From Nitrososphaeraceae archaeon (GTDB lineage Archaea; Thermoproteota; Nitrososphaeria; Nitrososphaerales; Nitrososphaeraceae): 64,000 nt of DNA. Position numbers and translations under genes: made by a program. A model generated the notes under the pieces. That model was not told where the DNA came from. It saw only the letters and a program-made list of their open reading frames with translations, and ran no database searches. The stretch lies in the NCBI GenBank assembly GCA_044870765.1, contig JBIOZG010000012.1, positions 1 through 64,000 on the forward strand, in the 5' to 3' direction. Below are positions 48,522 through 59,049 of this stretch, one piece after another. Positions within the stretch are counted from its first letter, which is position 1. Every line of letters begins with the position of its first letter.

Positions 48522-49085
48522 TTAACCTTCATAGATCATTAAATTCTTCTCTTCAAGTAAGTCATGCAAATTGTGGACAGCCCTGTAGACTTCCGATTCC
48601 TTTTTAGCCCCTGTGCACACCAATTTCCCACTCGCGAAAAGAAGAATGACCGTTTTTGGGTCAAGCATCCTGTGAATTAGACCAGGAAACTGTTCAGGTT
48701 CATACATACTACGCGGCAACACTCTCGCAGCTAATTCTAAATGGATTTTACCACCCAGACTTGCAGACGCAACAATATTTTGTATTTCTATTTGAGGTTC
48801 ATTTTCAATAGGAATACTGCCTTTTCTCAATTTCTGGACCACATTTTTTACTGCCTTTATAGCCTGTTCTTCAGATTTTGCACCAGTACAGACCATTTTG
48901 CCTGAACTGAAAATCAATGTTGCAGTCTTTGGAGATTTTAGTCTAAAGACAAGCCCTGGAAACTGATCTGGATGATATTCCACATCTGGAAAGATTTGAG
49001 TAATTAAATTAAGATTTACAGTCTGATTGACAGTCGCCGAAGCTACAACATTTTCGATACTAACAATGGGCTTAGTTTCAGGCAT
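48522..49085 (-). CDS. tbp: TATA-box-binding protein
   Basis: Two repeats of NVVAS...YxPxQFPGL...LxFxSGKxVCTGAK. Confidence 0.98.
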   Translation of the reverse strand: MPETKPIVSIENVVASATVNQTVNLNLITQIFPDVEYHPDQFPGLVFRLKSPKTATLIFSSGKMVCTGAKSEEQAIKAVKNVVQKLRKGSIPIENEPQIEIQNIVASASLGGKIHLELAARVLPRSMYEPEQFPGLIHRMLDPKTVILLFASGKLVCTGAKKESEVYRAVHNLHDLLEEKNLMIYEG

Positions 49086-49196
49086 ACTAGGTTCGCTTTA
49101 TAAATGGAAGTATATATACGTGTTTGGAACCGGCCTCAAATCACATAACATGTTTTAGCTCGGAGCAAAATAATTCGAAAATAAGTCCACTCTTGA

Positions 49197-49550
49197 CTAA
49201 AGTAATTTAAGTTCTGAAGTTACTTTATCTATAATATACGATGGAGCAGGACCAATTCCAATACACGTGACAGTTCCTGATGGAATCTGTGTCAGGCCCA
49301 TGTCTTGAACTATTACTTGCGGTATCATGAATTTTTCTGCCTTGCGGCTTATTTGAAGTAACTCTTCCAAGCTGTTTACCTTTACAACTATCTTTGGTTG
49401 TCCTTCATTTAACCAACTTCGTACCCATACATTGTCGAATTTTTTGGATTCGTCAACGCCCAGTACCGCTGCGTGTCCGACTTGGGCCGCTATTTTTCCA
49501 ACGCCCATGCGAAGGTCTTTTCTTACAACAATGACTTGTTTGAACTCCAC
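49197..49550 (-). CDS. pth2: peptidyl-tRNA hydrolase Pth2
   Basis: KQVIVVRKDL, GKIAAQVGHA, GIGPAP. Confidence 0.96.
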   Translation of the reverse strand: MEFKQVIVVRKDLRMGVGKIAAQVGHAAVLGVDESKKFDNVWVRSWLNEGQPKIVVKVNSLEELLQISRKAEKFMIPQVIVQDMGLTQIPSGTVTCIGIGPAPSYIIDKVTSELKLL

Positions 49551-49598
49551 TTCAGGTTAGTTAATAAAATGATGAAATAATTGTTTTCCTTGTAGGCT

Positions 49599-50783
49599 AT
49601 GGAATACTATGATGTATTAATCGCAGGAGGGAGTGTAGCGGGTCTTACAACCGCAAGAGAATGTTCCTCCAATGGTAATTCAACGATTGTGATAGAAGAG
49701 GATCACGAAATTGGAACTCCAGAACATTGTGGTGGAATGGTTAGCCTGAGTGGACTACAAAAATTGGGCCTTATGCTTGACTCAAACAATTTTCAAAATG
49801 CAGTACCAATAGCCAGAATTAGGTCCAAATCAGCTAGTTTCGAACTGTCTGCCGAAAAACAAAATGTTATTGTGGTAGATAGGAGGGGTTTGGACAAACA
49901 AATCGCTAAACAAGCAGAGGACGCAGGAGCCCAAATTAGAACACGGTGTACATTCAAGTCTATTGCCAAAAAGGAATCAAAATATACTATAAAGACTTCT
50001 GATGGGGAAATAGAATGCAAATACTTTGTCGATGCCAAAGGATTAGGTTCACTAAAAGATGCGAGTCAAAATGGCATTCTAGCTTCTGCTCAATTCGAAG
50101 TTTACGCAAAATGGATTGAAGGTAAAACCGTAGAGATTCTTTTTGACTCTGATAAATATCCCGGATTTTTTATGTGGATAATACCTATGGGCGATGGTAG
50201 AGGCAAGATCGGAGTTGCGGGAAAGGGAATAAATACTTCAGTTGCACTGCATGAATTCATAAGATCAAAGGGAGAGAAATACTCGATAATTAGAAAGATC
50301 TTTGCTCCGATTTGGATCGGGGGACCGAAGTCTCAGTTTGTTTTTGATAGGACCTTAATAGTTGGTGATGCTGCTGGGCAGACAAAACCAACAACAGCCG
50401 GAGGAATTTTTAGCTGCGGAATGGGAGGGGTTTTTGCTGGTCAAGCAATTTCTAATGCGATTGAAAAAAATGACGATACCTTGCTTTATGAATATGAGAA
50501 AAGTTGGAAGTCTATGTTTCAAAAGGAATTCCAGTCCATGTTACTTGCAAGAAAAGTACTAGAAAGGTTGGATAATAAGGCTATAGATGGTATTTTCTCT
50601 TCACTTTCAAAAAAAGCGATTACCGATGTCTCGAATTTTTCAGATTTTGATTTTCACTCTAGCGCTCTGTCCCTCTTTCTTAAATCAAAAATTGCTACTA
50701 ATTTGACAAAAATATTAATCGGAAATGAATTTAGAAGGGTATTTGGCAGTAGGAATGATGATGACAATTCAATTCATCAATAA
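49599..50783 (+). CDS. geranylgeranyl reductase-family FAD oxidoreductase
   Basis: GGSVAG, PEHCGG, GFFMWIIP, VGDAAGQTKPTTAGGI. Confidence 0.88.
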   Translation: MEYYDVLIAGGSVAGLTTARECSSNGNSTIVIEEDHEIGTPEHCGGMVSLSGLQKLGLMLDSNNFQNAVPIARIRSKSASFELSAEKQNVIVVDRRGLDKQIAKQAEDAGAQIRTRCTFKSIAKKESKYTIKTSDGEIECKYFVDAKGLGSLKDASQNGILASAQFEVYAKWIEGKTVEILFDSDKYPGFFMWIIPMGDGRGKIGVAGKGINTSVALHEFIRSKGEKYSIIRKIFAPIWIGGPKSQFVFDRTLIVGDAAGQTKPTTAGGIFSCGMGGVFAGQAISNAIEKNDDTLLYEYEKSWKSMFQKEFQSMLLARKVLERLDNKAIDGIFSSLSKKAITDVSNFSDFDFHSSALSLFLKSKIATNLTKILIGNEFRRVFGSRNDDDNSIHQ

Positions 50784-50867
50784 TGACTAATTTATTGTTG
50801 TAAAACCCCCAGCAAAGTTATCAGGATAATCTTTCACTAATTCAAGCAAGATATAAATTCGGATTAA

Positions 50868-51062
50868 TTGAATGTGCATTTTGTGTCGAAATCCTTACAA
50901 TTGCCAGTTTGTACCTCCTGCAACAGGCCGATTATAGCAAATGACGAATGTGTGAAATACTATTGTCCAAATTGCGGTTATGTTTTGATTTGGAGATGTC
51001 AAAGTTGCAGACAATTTGCTAGATCCTACAGATGCATCGGATGCGGATTTGAAGGGCCATAG
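50868..51062 (+). CDS. DUF1610-type zinc-finger protein
   Basis: Four CxxC pairs ending CGFEGP; conventional position upstream of EF-1beta; true start may lie a few codons downstream. Confidence 0.88.
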   Translation: MNVHFVSKSLQLPVCTSCNRPIIANDECVKYYCPNCGYVLIWRCQSCRQFARSYRCIGCGFEGP

Positions 51063-51064
51063 AT

Positions 51065-51346
51065 ATGTCCAAACTAGTTGCCAGGATAAAGATCCTTCCT
51101 TCTGAATCAGAAGCAGATATTGATTCAATTCCCAATCTTTTGAAGCAGACGCTCCCAGATGGATTCAAACTATTAGCGCATACAAAGGAACCAATTGCAT
51201 TCGGACTCTATTCCATCTTGGCTGATTTCACACTAGACGATTCAGAAGGCCAGATGGATTTATTAGAAGAAGCCATAAGGAAGATAGATGCAGTTGGAGA
51301 AATAGAAGTAATAAACGTAAGCCGACAATCTGTCAACATAAAATAA
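51065..51346 (+). CDS. ef1b: translation elongation factor 1-beta
   Basis: IKILP, EPIAFGL. Confidence 0.93.
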   Translation: MSKLVARIKILPSESEADIDSIPNLLKQTLPDGFKLLAHTKEPIAFGLYSILADFTLDDSEGQMDLLEEAIRKIDAVGEIEVINVSRQSVNIK

Positions 51347-51410
51347 GTAGAGTTTAATTTATTTTTTGAAATCGTTACTTATTACAATAATGTCTAAGCA
51401 GACAATTTAA

Positions 51411-52295
51411 CTAGAATCTGTAGTAGAATAAGGAATCAAATGCAAGCGAAACAAATATGATTACCAGATAAGGTGCTGTAATCTTGTACGCCTTCCATGC
51501 AAAATCTGGGTTGGGATATTTTGTTAGTTTATAATGATATACGAGCATCAACGATCCTGAAATTGCTGCAGTAATGAAGTACACCGCACCTAAGCCGAAT
51601 AGATATAATGATAGTGAATATGGTAACAAAATTGCAGTGTTTGCGAATATATATCCTGCGGTCTTTTCGTTACCTATAAGTACCGGTAGCATAGGAACTT
51701 TTACCGATTCGTATTCCTCCCTTGACTTTATTGCAAAAGACCAAAAATGAGGTGGTGTCCATAAAAAGACCAACAACCCAATCAGGAAACCTAGGATATC
51801 CATAGACCCTGTTGTAGTTGCCCACCCCGCCATTGATGCCGCGCTACCAGCAAATCCACCAACAACAATATTCGAAACATTTGAGCGTTTGAGCCATAAT
51901 GTGTACACGAATACGTAAAAGAATATCCCCAAAGCAATCATACCGGTTGCCATTAGATTTAAGGTTAAGAAAGATATTACAACAGAGCTGATACAAAGGA
52001 TGATACCATAAACAATTACGTTTTTGGGACTCAATCTGCCCGATGGGATCGGTCTTTTTATTGTTCTGGACATTATTTTGTCAATATCTCGATCAAAATA
52101 ATGGTTTAGCGCACTTGATCCCATTGATGCTAAGCAGCCACAAATTGCGAGAAATGCAAGATGGTATGCGGAAATGTCCCAAGCTGTAAATGGAGTGGAA
52201 TCGAATCTGGTAGCAGCTAAAGAACTTGTTATCGCCGTAATAGCTAATACTACAACTATCCTTGGCTTTGATACCTCGATGTAATCAGATAACAT
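51411..52295 (-). CDS. ctaB: heme O synthase (protoheme IX farnesyltransferase)
   Basis: KPRI, DRDID..M.RT..RPIPSG, YTLWLKR, WTPPHFW. Confidence 0.96.
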   Translation of the reverse strand: MLSDYIEVSKPRIVVVLAITAITSSLAATRFDSTPFTAWDISAYHLAFLAICGCLASMGSSALNHYFDRDIDKIMSRTIKRPIPSGRLSPKNVIVYGIILCISSVVISFLTLNLMATGMIALGIFFYVFVYTLWLKRSNVSNIVVGGFAGSAASMAGWATTTGSMDILGFLIGLLVFLWTPPHFWSFAIKSREEYESVKVPMLPVLIGNEKTAGYIFANTAILLPYSLSLYLFGLGAVYFITAAISGSLMLVYHYKLTKYPNPDFAWKAYKITAPYLVIIFVSLAFDSLFYYRF

Positions 52296-52542
52296 TCACA
52301 GATAATTTAATCTCTTAATTGTAACATTTAACTTATTCGCTAAGTCATTCAGGCGCCAATATTAAAACCAAATAATAGAATTCAATATTTCGTTATTGTG
52401 TATCAAACCAGAGGCAAGAATCCTCGGACGATTAATTCTTTTAAGTTCAGGTTTTCAACTCCGAGTTAGTATGATAGCTTGCGCAAATTGCACCTGAACT
52501 GTGTTTTCAAACAAAGTGCCACAAATAGAATATTCAATGTGA

Positions 52543-52549
52543 TTTATAA
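52543..52549 (+). promoter_or_regulatory. TATA box for the small Zn-ribbon ORF (leaderless transcript)
   Basis: TTTATAA ending 29 nt upstream of ATG 52578. Confidence 0.55.
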
Positions 52550-52577
52550 GCCAGTTAATTAATATCCAATTTGAATC

Positions 52578-52745
52578 ATGGGAAGAAGAAAGAGTACCTC
52601 AAGACCACATAAGACTAGAAGAACAGTTGAAGGCCGTTGTCCAAAGTGCACCACAATTGTTAGATTTAATGTAAGTGGGCCTGTTGGAAGTGAAATTTAC
52701 GAATGTATAGGTTGCAGATCCAAATTCCCCATTGACGAATTATAA
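52578..52745 (+). CDS. 55-aa basic zinc-ribbon protein (absent from the ORF track)
   Basis: MGRRKSTSRPHKTRRTVEGRCPKCTTIVRFNVSGPVGSEIYECIGCRSKFPIDEL; CPKC and CIGC pairs, TATA upstream. Confidence 0.85.
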   Translation: MGRRKSTSRPHKTRRTVEGRCPKCTTIVRFNVSGPVGSEIYECIGCRSKFPIDEL

Positions 52746-52797
52746 TCCAAACAGAATTTACATAAGGAACTATACATAGACGATTCATTAGATAGAA

Positions 52798-53058
52798 ATG
52801 GATGCAAAGATAGAGTACGTAGGTAAAGTATATCTTTACAGTAGTGGAATGTCCGCCGAGCTTGTAGAAAGGAGCAAGGTAGTACTGAAAGAACATGGTG
52901 TTAACCCTAATGATATTGTGCTTATTGAATCTCCCGAAGGAGTTCCCGAAGGTTCTATCATTATCACCATATGGCCACATTATCTATCGGTTGCAAAAGT
53001 AAAAAGGGTAAGAGAGGGTTCGATATATGCGCCACAATTATTCAATATTGATATATAG
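52798..53058 (+). CDS. hypothetical protein
   Basis: 86-aa ORF with normal composition, co-oriented with the Zn-ribbon ORF. Confidence 0.7.
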   Translation: MDAKIEYVGKVYLYSSGMSAELVERSKVVLKEHGVNPNDIVLIESPEGVPEGSIIITIWPHYLSVAKVKRVREGSIYAPQLFNIDI

Positions 53059-53182
53059 TAATTATTTCAAGAAAAAATACTACATAGATAATATTGCCGT
53101 CATACAAGATATGGAACTAAATGTTAACCCGTGGTTTTTTCCATTCTAGAAATTACTAAAATTAAGAACAAGACTGCAAGTC

Positions 53183-53593
53183 TTAGTCTAAATGCATTGT
53201 AATCATTTCTGCTATTTTATTTTTAGATACCGATCCGATAATCTTGTTTACTGCTTGTCCTCTCTTGAACAATAACAGAGTTGGAATACTCGAAATGCCG
53301 AACTGTCCTGCTACCAATGGATTTTCATCAACATTTATTTTACCTACAACCAATTTGCCCAAGTAGTCTTTACCAATTTCGTCAATGATTGGTGACATCA
53401 TCCTGCAAGGTCCGCACCACGGTGCCCAAAAGTCTATCAACGTCAATGGAAATTTGTTGATAGTCTGAGAAAACGTAGAGTCACCCAGAACGATTGGCTC
53501 TTTAATATTTTTTAACTGTTCTTTTTCATTAATCAGTTCTTGTAATTTTTTTATTTTTTTCTCATTTAACATCTTTAATTCTTCGTCTTCCAA
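53183..53593 (-). CDS. trxA: thioredoxin with N-terminal charged helix
   Basis: DFWAPWCGPC, SIPT. Confidence 0.96.
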   Translation of the reverse strand: MEDEELKMLNEKKIKKLQELINEKEQLKNIKEPIVLGDSTFSQTINKFPLTLIDFWAPWCGPCRMMSPIIDEIGKDYLGKLVVGKINVDENPLVAGQFGISSIPTLLLFKRGQAVNKIIGSVSKNKIAEMITMHLD

Positions 53594-53700
53594 TTTATGT
53601 TAGAACACTAACAGCGCTTGAATTGGTTTATTATGTTTTTTGATCTTACAATCATTCAGCGATAGATAATTATCTTAGAGAACTCAAAACATTCTCGATC

Positions 53701-54348
53701 TTGCTCGATTTAACGAAAAATGATGAAGATAATTCAAACTCTGAGATTGCAGGAAGCGAATCATTAAAAAAACAGATAGAGAGTGATGGGCTCGAAGATG
53801 AGGAGAACTCTGAGATTGCAGATAGGGAGGTACTGAAAAGAGAAATAGAGTTCTTGAAAAATGAGATTGAAAAAGAAAAAGAAGTTTCGGAAAAAAACCT
53901 ATCAAAGCTGAGATACCTTATGGCAGATTTCGATAATTATAGGAAACAAATAGGAAGGCAGATGGAATCAAAAATTGAAGAAAGTAAGGGCCAACTTTTT
54001 CTTAAACTACTCAAAGTTTACGACGATTGTGAATTGGCCCTTGAAACAATAAAAAATGGCCAATATGATTCCACATTGTTAGGTGGAATTCGTGGTATTA
54101 TGACAAACTTTGAGAGTTTGATGAAAGACGAAGGCTTGGTCGAAATTGAAACTTTGGGCACACCCTTTGATCCTAATGTACATGACGCGATTGGTTTTGT
54201 AACAAATGAATTGGCCCCGGACAACACAATAATTGAGGTCGTAAGGAAAGGATATCTATTAAACAATAAAGTTTTAAGACCTTCTTCAGTCATTTTATCT
54301 AAAAGAACAGTTACAAATAAAGATATTAATGAAAAAGATAAGGAGTAG
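53701..54348 (+). CDS. grpE: nucleotide exchange factor GrpE
   Basis: [22 protein letters not shown]...LRP. Confidence 0.95.
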   Translation: MLDLTKNDEDNSNSEIAGSESLKKQIESDGLEDEENSEIADREVLKREIEFLKNEIEKEKEVSEKNLSKLRYLMADFDNYRKQIGRQMESKIEESKGQLFLKLLKVYDDCELALETIKNGQYDSTLLGGIRGIMTNFESLMKDEGLVEIETLGTPFDPNVHDAIGFVTNELAPDNTIIEVVRKGYLLNNKVLRPSSVILSKRTVTNKDINEKDKE

Positions 54349-54359
54349 TGAAGAGAAAT

Positions 54360-56228
54360 ATGGGTAAAATTATTGGAATAGATCTTGGAACAAGTAATTC
54401 TGCAGCTTCGGTTATGATTGGAGGAAAACCCACAATAATACAAGCTGCTGAGGGAACTTCAGTAGGTGGAAAAGCATTCCCTTCATATGTAGCATTTACT
54501 AAAGATGGTCAATTACTGGTGGGCGAACCGGCAAGAAGGCAGATGGTTACAAACCCTGAAGGTACCGTAATTGCAGCCAAACGCAAGATGGGAACTGATT
54601 TCAAATTTAAAGTATATGGGAAGGAGTACACTCCCCAACAGATATCCTCTTTTATTTTGCAAAAGATAAAAAGAGATTCTGAAGCCTACGTAGGAGAAAC
54701 TGTTGACAAAGCTGTAATTACAGTCCCGGCGTATTTTAATGACAATCAACGACAGGCGACTAAAGACGCAGGCGAAATTGCAGGTCTGGAAGTCGTAAGA
54801 ATTATCAATGAACCTACCGCTGCCTCACTTGCATATGGTCTGGATAAAGTAAACAAAGACTTGAAGATAATGGTATTCGATCTCGGTGGCGGAACTCTAG
54901 ATGTCACCATAATGGAAATGGGAGGAGGTGTATTTCAAGTAAAGAGTACGTCTGGGGATACCCAATTGGGTGGAACAGACATGGATAATCTAGTTGTTGA
55001 ATACATTATCCACGAATTTCAAAATCAAAATTCTATAGATGTTCATAATGACAAAGCGGCATTGATGAGAATAAAAGAGGCGGCAGAAAAAGCAAAAATT
55101 GAACTTTCTAATGTTATGACAACGGAAGTAAATCTCCCATTCTTATCATATGATTCATCTACAGGTCCCAAAAATTTGGTTATGACACTTTCCAGGTCAA
55201 AGTTGGAGGAATTGCTGAGACCAATAATTGAAAAATGTAAGGGACCCATGCTTCAAGCAATTGAGGACGCAAAGATGAAACCCGCAGACATTGACAAGAT
55301 TATTTTGATTGGAGGTCCGACAAGAATGCCAATAGTAAGACAAGCCATTACAAATGTAATGGGTAAGGAACCTGAAAGAGGAATTGATCCAATGGAAGCA
55401 GTGGCCATGGGAGCTGCCATTCAAGGAGCAATCATAGCAGGGGATGTAACCACAGATATTCTGCTTGTAGACGTGACACCGCTAACTTTAGGAGTTGAAG
55501 TACTCGGAGGACTAAAAGAGCCACTTATCGAAAGAAACACTACAATCCCTACGAAGAAAAGCAAAGTCTTTACTACTGCTGCAGACTACCAAAATGCAGT
55601 AACTGTACATGTTGTTCAAGGGGAAAGGTCAATGGCATCCGATTGTGTTTCTCTAGGCATGTTTAATCTATCAGGAATACCGCCGGCACCCAGAGGAATT
55701 CCCCAAGTAGAAGTTACCTTTGACATCGACGCAAATGGGATTCTTAATGTTACTGCAAAGGACCTAGCCACTTCAAAGGAATCAAAAATAACAATTTCTG
55801 CAAATACGAAGTTATCCAAGGATGATATTGAAAGACTCAAGAAAGAATCAGAGCAATTTGCAGAACAAGATAAACAAAAGAAGGAACAAGCAGAAGTGAA
55901 AAATGAAGCAGATAATCTAATGTATACTGCAGAAAAATTAACTCAGCAAGACCTAAAAGATAAGATTAAACCTGAACAAGTTGAAAAAGTTAATAGTGCA
56001 GTCAAGGAATTGAGAGAAGCTGTCTCATCAAATAATATTGAAGAAATTAAGAAGAAAATAGAAGGTCTAAAAAATATAGTAGGTGAAATAAGTACCGAAG
56101 CATATAGAGCCGCTGGTGCAGCTGCATCTCAACAGGCGCCCTCTCAAAATTCAGATAGTGCCAATCCGACTTCAGATAGTGCCAATCCGACTTCAGATAG
56201 TGCTAACCAATCTAATACCCAGCAATAA
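54360..56228 (+). CDS. dnaK: chaperone DnaK
   Basis: [25 protein letters not shown]; ATG at 54360. Confidence 0.98.
   Translation: MGKIIGIDLGTSNSAASVMIGGKPTIIQAAEGTSVGGKAFPSYVAFTKDGQLLVGEPARRQMVTNPEGTVIAAKRKMGTDFKFKVYGKEYTPQQISSFILQKIKRDSEAYVGETVDKAVITVPAYFNDNQRQATKDAGEIAGLEVVRIINEPTAASLAYGLDKVNKDLKIMVFDLGGGTLDVTIMEMGGGVFQVKSTSGDTQLGGTDMDNLVVEYIIHEFQNQNSIDVHNDKAALMRIKEAAEKAKIELSNVMTTEVNLPFLSYDSSTGPKNLVMTLSRSKLEELLRPIIEKCKGPMLQAIEDAKMKPADIDKIILIGGPTRMPIVRQAITNVMGKEPERGIDPMEAVAMGAAIQGAIIAGDVTTDILLVDVTPLTLGVEVLGGLKEPLIERNTTIPTKKSKVFTTAADYQNAVTVHVVQGERSMASDCVSLGMFNLSGIPPAPRGIPQVEVTFDIDANGILNVTAKDLATSKESKITISANTKLSKDDIERLKKESEQFAEQDKQKKEQAEVKNEADNLMYTAEKLTQQDLKDKIKPEQVEKVNSAVKELREAVSSNNIEEIKKKIEGLKNIVGEISTEAYRAAGAAASQQAPSQNSDSANPTSDSANPTSDSANQSNTQQ
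56150..56208 (+). repeat. 21-bp in-frame tandem repeat (about 2.8 copies) encoding SDSANPT in the DnaK tail
   Basis: ttcagatagtgccaatccgac at 56150 and 56171, degenerate third copy at 56192. Confidence 0.92.
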
Positions 56229-56289
56229 CAAGATGTTACAAAGGCCAACCTGATATGTATCCATTATTTTTAATCAATGGTTTCTTACC

Positions 56290-57405
56290 ATGAGTACAAA
56301 GCGTGACTATTACGAAGTCTTGAATGTAGATAGGAATGCTACTAAAGAAGAAATCAAAAGCAAGTATAGGAAATTAGCTCTACAATACCATCCTGACAGG
56401 AATAAGAGCTCAGATGCCGAAGAAAAGTTTAAAGAAATTTCAGAAGCTTATGCTGTTTTGTCCGATGACGACAAGAGAAAAAAATATGATAAATATGGTC
56501 ATGTAGGATCGGAGGAAGTTTTCAGAGGATCAGAGTCTAATTTTGATGAAATCTTCAGAGATATAGGATTTGGTGGGATTAAAGATATTTTTGAGCAATT
56601 GTTCGGAGGAGGATTTTCAGCCAGAAATAGAGGTGATCCCTTTGGCTTTGGTTTTAACTTTGGAAGAAGCAACAGAGGTGAGGACGCAGTTATTGATTTA
56701 TCCCTCACATTAGAAGATGTAGTAACCGGAAAGAAGGAAATGATTGAAGTCCCATCATTGGAAAAGTGTTCAGAGTGCAATGGAAGTGGTTGTTATCCTG
56801 GTACGAAACGTAAAAAATGTATGACGTGCAATGGACTTGGTCAGACAAAAAGGGTCTTTAATGAAAATAGGTTTTCAACTTTTGTTACCGTGGAAACTTG
56901 TAGAACATGTAGAGGAATGGGAGAAATAATTGAAAAACCATGTAAAAATTGTAAAGCATCAGGCAACGTTCCAGCTAGAAAAAAAATACAGGTAGAGATT
57001 CCTCCGGGTGTTGAGGATGGTATGACACTACAACTAAGCGGTAGAGGTATTTCTTACGAAAATGGAGTTCCAGGAGACCTCTTCATTCGAATCCATATCA
57101 AACCTCATCAAACTTTTGAAAGACTTGAAGATGGCCATTTACTTTATACTTTGAAACTGAAATACACAGAACTGGTATTGGGCACGGAAATAATAATACC
57201 TACGCTAAATGGAGGCGAAAAGTTGAAAATCCCTGCAGGCTCCCAAGCAGATTCAATTTTTAATTTAAGAGGAAAAGGAATACCTGTACATGGTAGACGA
57301 TCTAGAGGAGACCAAATTGTAAAAATTAAACTTGATATACCCACTAAACTTAGTGAAAGGCAAAAGTGGCTAATCAAAGAACTGGATGATACGAAGAATA
57401 CTTGA
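56290..57405 (+). CDS. dnaJ: chaperone DnaJ
   Basis: HPD J-domain, G/F region, four CxxCxGxG-type repeats. Confidence 0.98.
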   Translation: MSTKRDYYEVLNVDRNATKEEIKSKYRKLALQYHPDRNKSSDAEEKFKEISEAYAVLSDDDKRKKYDKYGHVGSEEVFRGSESNFDEIFRDIGFGGIKDIFEQLFGGGFSARNRGDPFGFGFNFGRSNRGEDAVIDLSLTLEDVVTGKKEMIEVPSLEKCSECNGSGCYPGTKRKKCMTCNGLGQTKRVFNENRFSTFVTVETCRTCRGMGEIIEKPCKNCKASGNVPARKKIQVEIPPGVEDGMTLQLSGRGISYENGVPGDLFIRIHIKPHQTFERLEDGHLLYTLKLKYTELVLGTEIIIPTLNGGEKLKIPAGSQADSIFNLRGKGIPVHGRRSRGDQIVKIKLDIPTKLSERQKWLIKELDDTKNT

Positions 57406-57452
57406 GATGTGTTGTTTGTAATATTTATATCTAATAACTCAAGATGATAATC

Positions 57453-58037
57453 ATGTCTAGTCCGTTTGATGAGTGGTTTGGGCGAAGAAGATCCAATTCT
57501 TGGTTTCCAGATGTGGATTCCATGATGAAGGAAATGGAAAAGTTAATGCAAGAGGCCGTTAAGAACATGGATCAAAATGTTCCAAAGAATCTGATAAGGG
57601 AACGGAAGCTTGATGACGGATCCGTTGTGCGCGAAATGGGTCCAATTGTTTATGGGTACTCATTTAAGATTGGTGAAGACGGTAAACCGATCGTCAGAAA
57701 ATTTGGAAACCTAAACACTTTCCCAAGCTCTCTAACTGGCAGATTTTCAGTCAGTGATCAAAGAGAGCCTGTTGTGGACATCATAAAGGATGTTGACAAA
57801 TTGAAAATTATTGCCGAACTTCCAGGCGTAACTAAAAGTGATTTGAGGATAACTGCTAATGAAACTTCATTGACAATAGAGTCTCTTTCAGGAGAACGTA
57901 GATACAACAAAAAAATAGAACTTCCGAATGAAATCGAACCATCTTCAGGAAAATCATCTTATAAAAACGGAATATTAGAGGTAACATTCAAGTTAAAAGA
58001 TTCAAAAGACCACGGAGTTTCTATTAACGTAGAGTAA
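57453..58037 (+). CDS. hsp20: archaeal small heat-shock protein Hsp20
   Basis: GPIVYGYS, FGN, AELPGV, YKNGILEV. Confidence 0.94.
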   Translation: MSSPFDEWFGRRRSNSWFPDVDSMMKEMEKLMQEAVKNMDQNVPKNLIRERKLDDGSVVREMGPIVYGYSFKIGEDGKPIVRKFGNLNTFPSSLTGRFSVSDQREPVVDIIKDVDKLKIIAELPGVTKSDLRITANETSLTIESLSGERRYNKKIELPNEIEPSSGKSSYKNGILEVTFKLKDSKDHGVSINVE

Positions 58038-58119
58038 ATTGAAGAGGATTAATATTCAATGTCGTCACACCGTCTTGTCGTATTAACTTTTTAAAATCAG
58101 TTATTTATCTACAGATATC

Positions 58120-59049
58120 ATGAACGCAGTACAGGCTGTTGAAGTTACAAAAAGGTACAAAGGATCAAAATCGTATGCCATAGACAACATTTCCTTAAAT
58201 ATAGAACCGGGAAGAATCTTCACCCTTCTTGGAAGAAATGGTGCAGGAAAGACTACATTCGTCAGAATTTGTGCAACACAGCTATTACCAACTTCTGGAA
58301 CTGTAAAAATATTTGAAAACGACCTTGTCAGAGATACTGAGAAAATAAGGAATCAGATCTCCATTGTACCGCAGGAGGGAAGACCATTACGCGCTCTCAC
58401 CCCGTGGGATCATGTTTATTTTTGGCTAAGGATTAGAGGGGTGAATAAGCATGAAGCATCAATAAGAACCAAAAAGATCCTTCAAGATTTTGAATTATAC
58501 GATGTGAGAAGTAAACTTGCGATGTATTTGTCAGGAGGAATGAAGCAAAAAATATTAGTGGCAATGGCTATGGCAGTAGATTCGAGATTGCTTTTTCTAG
58601 ATGAACCGACTATCGGACTTGATCCCGTTTCCAGACGCCAAATCTGGAAAGCTATCAAGGAAAAAAAGGAAAATGGAACGACAATCCTGCTTACAACCCA
58701 TTATATGGACGAAGCAGAAGTATTGTCAGATGATATAGTCATAATAGACAAAGGGACCGTTATTTCAAAAGGAACACTCTCAGAAATTAGGAAGAATATT
58801 AAAGAAAATATTAAAATTGAAATTCCAAGATCGGCAATCGAAAGTGATATTTTAAAATCATACGGAACTGTAATAGATACCGGGACCGATATATTAAAAC
58901 TATTTACCTTTGAATCGAATATGCAGGAGATATCTGCAATTGCAATAAAGAAAAATTTCTTTTTCAGGGTATCCCCAATTACCCTGGATGATGTGTTTGT
59001 TGCTCTGGTTGGAACCGAGAGCAATAGTGTCGATCAGGATAAGGATTAG
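58120..59049 (+). CDS. ABC exporter ATP-binding protein (DrrA-like)
   Basis: GRNGAGKT, LSGGMKQK, LDEPT, TTHYMDEAE, TLDDVF. Confidence 0.93.
   Translation: MNAVQAVEVTKRYKGSKSYAIDNISLNIEPGRIFTLLGRNGAGKTTFVRICATQLLPTSGTVKIFENDLVRDTEKIRNQISIVPQEGRPLRALTPWDHVYFWLRIRGVNKHEASIRTKKILQDFELYDVRSKLAMYLSGGMKQKILVAMAMAVDSRLLFLDEPTIGLDPVSRRQIWKAIKEKKENGTTILLTTHYMDEAEVLSDDIVIIDKGTVISKGTLSEIRKNIKENIKIEIPRSAIESDILKSYGTVIDTGTDILKLFTFESNMQEISAIAIKKNFFFRVSPITLDDVFVALVGTESNSVDQDKD

Noticed and set aside
52666-52980. 104-aa minus-strand ORF
   Set aside because: Antisense to two better-supported + strand ORFs (52578-52745 and 52798-53058).
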